Shown: in pieces, positions 37,303 to 43,830 of the stretch
Layout of the letters: the number at the start of each line of letters is the position of its first letter
Position numbering within the stretch: position 1 is the first letter of the stretch
Source: a virus
Taxonomy: Duplodnaviria; Caudoviricetes
Length of the DNA stretch: 45,916 nucleotides
IMG/VR virus record: IMGVR_UViG_3300036786_000080
Span: 1 to 45,916 of that record
Reading direction: 5' to 3' (one strand)
Position numbers and translations under genes: made by a program
Notes under the pieces: model-generated
The model's input: only the letters and a program-made list of their open reading frames with translations
Database searches by the model: none
Told to the model about the DNA's origin: nothing

Positions 37303-37611
37303 ATGCCCAGAGTTGTGACGCGAGTCCATTCGACCTTCTATGATATGAAGCGGAAGGTGCAGTTTAGCCCGGTCCTCGATCAGAGGACCGGGTGTTTTGT
37401 TGGCGTGGCTCAGGTGAGCGACGAGCACGCGGCCGAGTTTGCGGAGCATGAGCATTTCGAGGTTGTTTCCGATGAGGATTACCTCGAAATGGTGACCGTT
37501 CCGAGCGCACCGGAGCCGACTGAGCCTGGCACAGGCGATCCGCTCTCGGATGCTGCAGGTAAGAGCGTGATCGGTGCGCGGAAGCCGCCGAGAGTGCCGA
37601 AGAGCAAGTAG
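37303..37611 (+). CDS. hypothetical virion-module protein
   Basis: GGAG RBS; head-neck position. Confidence 0.55.
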   Translation: MPRVVTRVHSTFYDMKRKVQFSPVLDQRTGCFVGVAQVSDEHAAEFAEHEHFEVVSDEDYLEMVTVPSAPEPTEPGTGDPLSDAAGKSVIGARKPPRVPKSK

Positions 37612-37665
37612 GGAACCTCACCCCAACCCCTCTCCTCACAGGAGAGGGGCTTTTTCGCGGAGCGA

Positions 37666-38367
37666 GTGATGGCTGACTATTCGGATTGGCCGGTAGAGGC
37701 GGATGGACAGCTGCTGCTTGATTCCTGCGCGGTGACCACTCGCTTAACCACGGATGATTTCACGGCCCGGTTTGGCCGGCTGCGTGCGGCTGTCGCTGCG
37801 AGGATCTTCAGGAGGACGCATCGGCAGTTTGTTGCCGGCGCGACCGACGAAGAGCGTTTCTACGACGGTACCGGCGCCGCCGAGCAAGAAGTGGACGAGA
37901 TGGTCTCGCTCACTTCGGTGCAGGTGATCGGGCTGCAGTCGGATCCTGGCTACACGCTCGACAATACGCTGCTGGTCCAGGAGCAGGCGCTTCCGAGGAC
38001 GCGGATCATCGTCGCTCAGGGGTCGCTGCCGGCATACGCTACGAACGCGGCTTTCCTGCCGTATCGGACGATCTTTCCGGTTGGGCGGCAGAACATCAAG
38101 GTCACGGGGCAGTTTGGCTTTGCGGCGACGATCCCCGAGGACCTGTGGGAAGGCTGCTGCGGCGAGATCATGTATCTGATGTCGCAGGAAGTGTTGTTTC
38201 GGCCCATTGGACGGGTGCAGACCCTTAAGACCGGCGACAATTCGACGACTTACCACCTCGACAGCGCGGCGATCACTCGCTGGCATGATGGGTTTGTGCA
38301 GGCTTTGAAAGACTATCGGCGGCCGCCAGGGCGTCGGCTGCGCGCGATGGCGCCGAGGATGATCTGA
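37666..38367 (+). CDS. head-tail adaptor
   Basis: 'ERFYDG', 'GRQNIKVTGQFGF..IPEDL'. Confidence 0.75.
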   Translation: MMADYSDWPVEADGQLLLDSCAVTTRLTTDDFTARFGRLRAAVAARIFRRTHRQFVAGATDEERFYDGTGAAEQEVDEMVSLTSVQVIGLQSDPGYTLDNTLLVQEQALPRTRIIVAQGSLPAYATNAAFLPYRTIFPVGRQNIKVTGQFGFAATIPEDLWEGCCGEIMYLMSQEVLFRPIGRVQTLKTGDNSTTYHLDSAAITRWHDGFVQALKDYRRPPGRRLRAMAPRMI

Positions 38368-38368
38368 A

Positions 38369-38767
38369 ATGCCTGATCCGCTTGATCCGCCTGCGAATGG
38401 AAGTGGGAATGACCCACTGGACCCGCTTGGCGGCGGCGGGCTGCTGGCTGCTTTGCTGCCGGATCTGTGCGACATCGACCGCGACACGCTGGCCGATGAT
38501 GGCCAGGGGACAGACGCTAAGACGCCGGTTTCGGTTGCTATGGGCGTTCACTGCAGCCTGGTGAAGGCACGGCTGCAGAAGGACGCGGTCCTGGGCGGCG
38601 CGCTGCTGGCGCTCACGACGTGGACCCTGCAGGTTCCGCTGGGTACGGATCTCAAGCCTTCAGACCGGGTGATCAAAGACGGGCTGACCTACAATGTGAT
38701 CGACACGGACAAGGGTCTGACCAATCCGATCTTTCTTACGGCGACAGTGGAGAGAGCTTCGAAATGA
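38369..38767 (+). CDS. head-closure (stopper) protein
   Basis: 'VPLGTDLKPSDRV..DG.TYNV'. Confidence 0.7.
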   Translation: MPDPLDPPANGSGNDPLDPLGGGGLLAALLPDLCDIDRDTLADDGQGTDAKTPVSVAMGVHCSLVKARLQKDAVLGGALLALTTWTLQVPLGTDLKPSDRVIKDGLTYNVIDTDKGLTNPIFLTATVERASK

Positions 38768-39177
38768 GCGCGAATGTTGTGATCGTCGATCGTAGCGCGG
38801 AAGTGCTGGCGGCGCTGGAATTGGCCGTGGGCGGAGCTGTGAAGCAGACCGGAGACGAGATGGCGGCCGGGATGCGAGCCGAGATGCTGGCTGCCAAGAG
38901 CGGCGCGATGTATGGCTCGCATCAGGCTTCGGCGCCGGGCGAGGCGCCCGCCAATTGGCACGGGAAACTGCTCGAGACGATTCAGAACGAAGTACTTGGA
39001 CCGGCTGAGGTTTCCGTGAACGTCGGCTCGCATGAGACGCAGTACTTTGTCGATTACCTCGAGTTTGGTTCTGCCGGCGGGAAGATCGCTGCGCGGCCAA
39101 TGGTGCAGCCCGCTGCGGAGGCGATCAAGCCCGTGTTGGTTGAGAATATCACGAAGGCTGTGCAGGCGGTGAAGTAG
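38764..39177 (+). CDS. HK97 gp10-like tail-completion protein
   Basis: 'SAPGEAPA..GKL', 'YLEFG....ARP...PA'. Confidence 0.8.
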   Translation: MSANVVIVDRSAEVLAALELAVGGAVKQTGDEMAAGMRAEMLAAKSGAMYGSHQASAPGEAPANWHGKLLETIQNEVLGPAEVSVNVGSHETQYFVDYLEFGSAGGKIAARPMVQPAAEAIKPVLVENITKAVQAVK

Positions 39178-39178
39178 G

Positions 39179-39634
39179 ATGCCGGATCAGACAAACCTGC
39201 TGGCGGTCGCGAATACGTTTCTGGCTTCGTATCTTGGCGCGGATTCGGCGCTCGTGGCCCTGGTCTCGACGCGGTTCAAGGCTGATTTCATCTTGCCGGC
39301 GGGAACAACGACGTTCGATCCGCTGGTTTCGTTCAACTTCATGGCTGGCTCGAACATCCTGATGCTTGGCGGGCGCCGGATCTATACGAACTGCGTGTAC
39401 CAGGTGATGGGACATGCGCCCGGCGGCTATGGGGTGGTCGGACCGATCGCGGACCGGATTGTGGCCGTGCTGGGCAATGTCTCGGGCGCGCTGGTGAGCT
39501 ATGGCGGGACGGATTACCAGGTCGATTGTTTTGCGATCGGCGAGATTCAGCTGAGGCCCGAGGTGATCCAGGGCGGCCAGGTGATCTACGCGCGGGGTTC
39601 GAAGGTTCGGATTTATATTGGGGTTCCGGGCTAA
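39179..39634 (+). CDS. tail terminator protein
   Basis: Position before tail tube; 'L.ADSALVALV' start. Confidence 0.65.
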   Translation: MPDQTNLLAVANTFLASYLGADSALVALVSTRFKADFILPAGTTTFDPLVSFNFMAGSNILMLGGRRIYTNCVYQVMGHAPGGYGVVGPIADRIVAVLGNVSGALVSYGGTDYQVDCFAIGEIQLRPEVIQGGQVIYARGSKVRIYIGVPG

Positions 39635-39686
39635 CCTCACCCCAACCCCTCTCCTGGGAGGAGAGGGGCTTTTCAATGCTGTGTGT

Positions 39687-39716
39687 GCCGCTTCTCGATC
39701 TGAGGGCGGCTTTTTT
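39687..39716 (+). terminator. intrinsic terminator
   Basis: GCCGCTTCTC-GATCT-GAGGGCGGC + T6. Confidence 0.6.
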
Positions 39717-39746
39717 GTGCGACCCTCAGAGAAGGATGATTGAGAT

Positions 39747-41084
39747 ATGACTCTTCCCACTTATCAGCCAGAAGTAAGGCAGATTACGCAGTTTGGAGTT
39801 GAAGCTACTCCTGGCACGCTGGTGGCAGCTGCGAAGCAGTTCCACTCGGCGAAATTCGATCTGGACCCGAAGAAGCCCACGTCCAAAGTGATGCAGGCTG
39901 GGAACCTCTTCCCGGTGGACAGCTCGCCGGGCAAGGGACACACCGAGATCGGCGTCAAGGGCGATCTTTCGGTCGTGGATGCGATCTACCTGCTGGCGAC
40001 GCAGCTCAAGGCGCCGGTGTTCAGCACTCCCGTGGGAGGGACGCTTTCGCGCCTGGCGACCTTCACGCTCGACAGCTTCAACGCGAACGCGAAGAAGACG
40101 CTCTCGATCCAGAAGGGCGGGCCTGGCAGCGGAAATGCCAAGAAGGTCGCCTATTGCCAGATGGTGGACTTCGCCTGCGATTTCACGCCGGACAAGCCGG
40201 TGAGCTTTACGGCGAAGATGTTCGGGCGAAATCGCAGCAGCGGGCAGACGTTGACCACTGTCAACGAGGTCCAGACGCTGACGATCGGCGGCACGGGCCT
40301 GGGCGGAACGTTCACGCTCACCATTCTGGGCGTTGAGACGGCCGATATCACCTGGTCCGGGACGAACGCGACGCTGCTTGCCAACATCAACGCGCAGCTC
40401 GACCTCAACCCTTATCTTGGCGCCGGCGGCGCGGTGGCGACGGCGGGAACGCTCGCCTCGGGTATCGGAACGGTCCTGATCACTTTCAGCGGGACGACCG
40501 TCGCCAATAAGAGCATCGGGACGATCACGGCGGACGGCACCAATCTGACCGGCTCCACTCCGACTGTCGCGATGACGCGGACCACGCCGGGCGGGATTGC
40601 GACGCTGACGCCTTCGATCCTGTTCGGAACGAGCATCGATGTCTACATTGCGGCGACGGAGGCCGGGCTGGCCGCCGGGCAGGTTTATCCGCTGACCTGC
40701 AAGTTCAACCTCTCGAAGTTCCTCGGCGATGTCTACTCGCTCAACTCGGCGACCTCTTCGTTCGACGCCATGGTGGAGGTTGCGCCGGGCGCGGAGTTCG
40801 ACCTGACCCTGCCGGATGACAGCACCGGGGAGGCGTTCGTCGATTCTATCGATACTTCGACTCGCTACTTCATCGAGATCATTGCGAAAGGCGCGCTCAT
40901 CGAGGGCAGTTTGTACAATCAGATGCGCGTGCGGGCTCCTATCCGCTTTAGCGATCCTTCCGAGGGCACAGCGCAGGACGTGCATACGATCGGGCTGAAG
41001 GCTGCGATCAACCACGACGACGCGTTCAATGAGATCGGCGGCGCGCTGCTGGTAGAATGCCAGAGCACGCTTACCGCACTTTAA
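39747..41084 (+). CDS. major tail (tube) protein with internal extra domain
   Basis: 'QFGVEATPGT' N-terminus; position; insert starting 'NEVQTLTIGG..GGTFTLT'. Confidence 0.8.
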   Translation: MTLPTYQPEVRQITQFGVEATPGTLVAAAKQFHSAKFDLDPKKPTSKVMQAGNLFPVDSSPGKGHTEIGVKGDLSVVDAIYLLATQLKAPVFSTPVGGTLSRLATFTLDSFNANAKKTLSIQKGGPGSGNAKKVAYCQMVDFACDFTPDKPVSFTAKMFGRNRSSGQTLTTVNEVQTLTIGGTGLGGTFTLTILGVETADITWSGTNATLLANINAQLDLNPYLGAGGAVATAGTLASGIGTVLITFSGTTVANKSIGTITADGTNLTGSTPTVAMTRTTPGGIATLTPSILFGTSIDVYIAATEAGLAAGQVYPLTCKFNLSKFLGDVYSLNSATSSFDAMVEVAPGAEFDLTLPDDSTGEAFVDSIDTSTRYFIEIIAKGALIEGSLYNQMRVRAPIRFSDPSEGTAQDVHTIGLKAAINHDDAFNEIGGALLVECQSTLTAL

Positions 41085-41093
41085 GGCCGAACA

Positions 41094-41432
41094 ATGGAAC
41101 TAAATAAGGTCCGTACGATCTACAGGCGCATCGCTGTTCCGATGGGCGGGGACTCGATCACTCTGGAATGTGACTTCGGGATTCTGACGCCCGATTTCAT
41201 TGAGAAGTTTTGTTCGAGCGCGAACCAGTGGGATGCGACCATAGACCTCTTCCTGAGAGTCGTGAAGGGCTGGGACGTGACAGACGCTGGGCGCCCGTGC
41301 AAGATGACGCGAGAGATCCTTTCATCGCTGCCGTCTGTGACGATTACCACGATCCTCTCGGCGATCCTTCGAGACTATACCGAGCAAGCCACCGGCGTAC
41401 CGGCCTCGATGCGCTCGTTTCTCGAAGACTGA
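41094..41432 (+). CDS. tail assembly chaperone-like protein (paralog 1)
   Basis: 'VVKGWDVTDAGRP' motif; after tail tube. Confidence 0.65.
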   Translation: MELNKVRTIYRRIAVPMGGDSITLECDFGILTPDFIEKFCSSANQWDATIDLFLRVVKGWDVTDAGRPCKMTREILSSLPSVTITTILSAILRDYTEQATGVPASMRSFLED

Positions 41433-41531
41433 GATAACGCTGTTCGGCGGCTGTTTTGGCGCTGGGCTGGTTACCTCGCGATGTGGACGCACAAACAGGG
41501 CAGTTGTCGGATCGAACCCCTTCCCATTTGG

Positions 41532-43005
41532 CTTATCTTGTCCCGTAAAGGAGTGGGGTTGGGATTTTATTTGCCATACTTTGCGTTATATGTTTATCAC
41601 GAGTTACGCGGCGAAAGGAGAGCCGCCATGCAAAACGATTGGGCCTACAATGAAATTGCTCGCGTCCCGATCTGGGATCCGCGCTGCCGTCGCACTCTGG
41701 TCGCTGCCTGTGAAGTGCTCGCAGAAAACGCCCAGCTGTCCTTCTCGCAGGCGCTTGGAAGCCGACGAAAGGCGGTTTCGCGTATATTGCATCACCAAGA
41801 CACCACACAACAGGATCTCTTGAGCGGGCATATCCGTGCGACGCAATTGCGCTGCCAGCAGGAAGAACTCATCCTCATCGCGAGCGACACCAGCACTTTC
41901 GATTTCAGCTCTCACAAAGCAACCCAAGGTCTGGGACCCATCAGTGATAAAGCGCATCCCCTGGGCTTCTTTGTCCATTCCGCGCTTGCCATGACCCAGC
42001 AAGGCGTTCCGCTGGGTTTACTGGATCAGAGCAGTTGGGCGCGCGATCCTAATGAGGTCGGCATCGCCAAGCAGCGACGTCAACGTGCCTACGCCGACAA
42101 AGAGAGCCACAAATGGCTGCAAGCCATGCGTGCCGTCGAGAAGAGGCTCTCTCCCACGCAAAAAGCCGTTCTGATCCAAGACCGAGAAGCCGATGTCTTT
42201 GAGTTCTTTTCGGCGCCTCGATACGAGGGACTGGACCTGATCATTCGCGCCACTCAGCCTCGTCGTATCGATACGCGCGGGGAGGTCGGTCCCACCACTC
42301 TGTTTGCGGCGATGGCTCATTCTGGCGTAATAGCGACTAAAACCATTCATGTGGCTGCTGGGCCAAAGCGCGTAGAGCGAGATGCTGTTCTGACCGTGCG
42401 GGCAGCCACGGTTTTTATTCGTCCTCCGATGCATGGTTCTGATCCTAACGGTCCGGCAATCCGTTTATCGGTGGTACGAGCGTCCGAAGAGAACCCTCCC
42501 GAAGGAGTGAAAGAGCCTCTGGAATGGGTGCTTTTGACCACGCTTGCTGTGGAGGGTGCCGAGGATGCCTTACATGTCCTCGACTACTACACGTTTCGCT
42601 GGCGCATCGAACGGTTCCATTTCGTTCTGAAGTCTGGCTGTGGCTACGAGAAACTTCAGTTGGACCGTCTGGACACCTTGGAGAAAGCGTTAAGCCTCTA
42701 CAGCATTGTCGCCTGGCGTTTGTTGTACTTGACCTATCTGGCCCGCGATGTGCCTGATGCTCCCTGTCAAGAGGCGCTCTCAGTATTCGAAAAGGACGTC
42801 TTGGAACTCTACAACCGCAAACCGATCAAGACCGTCAGAGATGCAGTCATGGCTGTTGCCAAGTTAGCTGGCTTCGTTTGCGTGCCCTCCGCACCCAATC
42901 CAGGTGTCAAAACACTCTGGCAAGGCTTACGCAAGCTACAAGACATGACCGCAGGCTATCTATTAGCCCGCCAACCCCCCCTCCTGACCTACGGGACAAG
43001 ATAAG
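41532..43005 (+). mobile_element. complete IS4-family (IS50-like) insertion sequence, 1474 bp
   Basis: Perfect 16-bp TIR CTTATCTTGTCCCGTA (41532-41547, 42990-43005); 9-bp TSD CCCATTTGG (41523-41531, 43006-43014). Confidence 0.95.
41628..43004 (+). CDS. IS4-family DDE transposase
   Basis: 'SDTS', 'KESHKW', 'DREAD', YREK-type 'Y.FRWRIERFHFVLKSG', 'PGVKTLWQG'. Confidence 0.95.
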   Translation: MQNDWAYNEIARVPIWDPRCRRTLVAACEVLAENAQLSFSQALGSRRKAVSRILHHQDTTQQDLLSGHIRATQLRCQQEELILIASDTSTFDFSSHKATQGLGPISDKAHPLGFFVHSALAMTQQGVPLGLLDQSSWARDPNEVGIAKQRRQRAYADKESHKWLQAMRAVEKRLSPTQKAVLIQDREADVFEFFSAPRYEGLDLIIRATQPRRIDTRGEVGPTTLFAAMAHSGVIATKTIHVAAGPKRVERDAVLTVRAATVFIRPPMHGSDPNGPAIRLSVVRASEENPPEGVKEPLEWVLLTTLAVEGAEDALHVLDYYTFRWRIERFHFVLKSGCGYEKLQLDRLDTLEKALSLYSIVAWRLLYLTYLARDVPDAPCQEALSVFEKDVLELYNRKPIKTVRDAVMAVAKLAGFVCVPSAPNPGVKTLWQGLRKLQDMTAGYLLARQPPLLTYGTR

Positions 43006-43101
43006 CCCATTTGGGAGGGGGTTCATTTTTTCACGATGTTCGGCGCGGAGGATTTCCTCCGGTCTTTCGCGCCGGGCAAACTCATCGGAGGACGATTTCA
43101 C

Positions 43102-43431
43102 ATGGCATTTGATCTTGGGAAGTACAAGGATAAGACTCGGCCTGTTGTGGTGGAGATGGATGGCGACCCGCTGAAGGTGAGCTATCGGCCGGCGGCGTTT
43201 ACGCCTAATCTGCGCAAGGAGATTTCGGCCCTGGGTGAGGACGAGGTGGATGCTCTGGCGCGCTACCTGAAGCCATTGCTAGCCTCGTGGGATGCGACGG
43301 ACAAGGGCAAGCCAGTACCGATCGAAGTCGAGGTTTTAAACGATTTGGGATACGAGCTGCTTAATGCGATCTTCTCGTCGATTGTGGCGGATGTGAATCC
43401 GGCTTCTGACCCAAACGCGAAGAGGGCTTAA
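43102..43431 (+). CDS. tail assembly chaperone (G-like)
   Basis: 'LLASWDATDKGKP'; GGAGG RBS; in-frame slippery C CCA AAC near the 3' end. Confidence 0.8.
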   Translation: MAFDLGKYKDKTRPVVVEMDGDPLKVSYRPAAFTPNLRKEISALGEDEVDALARYLKPLLASWDATDKGKPVPIEVEVLNDLGYELLNAIFSSIVADVNPASDPNAKRA

Positions 43432-43679
43432 GGAAAGCCCTTACCTATCTGATTCGAGGGTATGGCCGCCGATCGTGGGAACCGTATCTCTCGCGCGAGA
43501 TGCTCGAGGATTTCAACGAGTATCTGACGGCGCGGTATCTGAAACTGCGCCCGATCCTACAGCCGTGGGAAGTGGGCGAACTGCCCGAGTACTGGCTTAA
43601 TCGGCAGAGGCTGTTCGATAGTGTGTTTGCCGATCTGGAGAAGGGCGCGGGCGAGGATCCGAGCGCCGATGAAGAGTAG
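43410..43679 (+). CDS. -1 frameshift extension (GT-like chaperone)
   Basis: -1 frame open from slippery site 43410-43416 to TAG 43677-43679: ...REEGLRKALTYL...QPWEVGELPEYWL... Confidence 0.75.
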   Translation, partial: PKREEGLRKALTYLIRGYGRRSWEPYLSREMLEDFNEYLTARYLKLRPILQPWEVGELPEYWLNRQRLFDSVFADLEKGAGEDPSADEE

Positions 43680-43716
43680 CGCGCGGGCGAGGATCCGAGC
43701 GCCGATGAAGAGTAGC
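43645..43716 (+). repeat. exact 36-bp tandem duplication
   Basis: GCGCGGGCGAGGATCCGAGCGCCGATGAAGAGTAGC twice. Confidence 0.95.
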
Positions 43717-43830
43717 GCGGTTTGAATGGGACGGATAGGACCTATGGGACAGATAGGACTTATACCGCTGACCCTCACCCCTACCCCTCTCCCAGAAAAC
43801 GGGAGAGGGGCTATTTGTTTGGAGTGATTG

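Noticed and set aside
41481-41627. N-terminal extension of the transposase in the ORF track
   Set aside because: Begins outside the IS left end; ATG 41628 has an AAGGAG RBS
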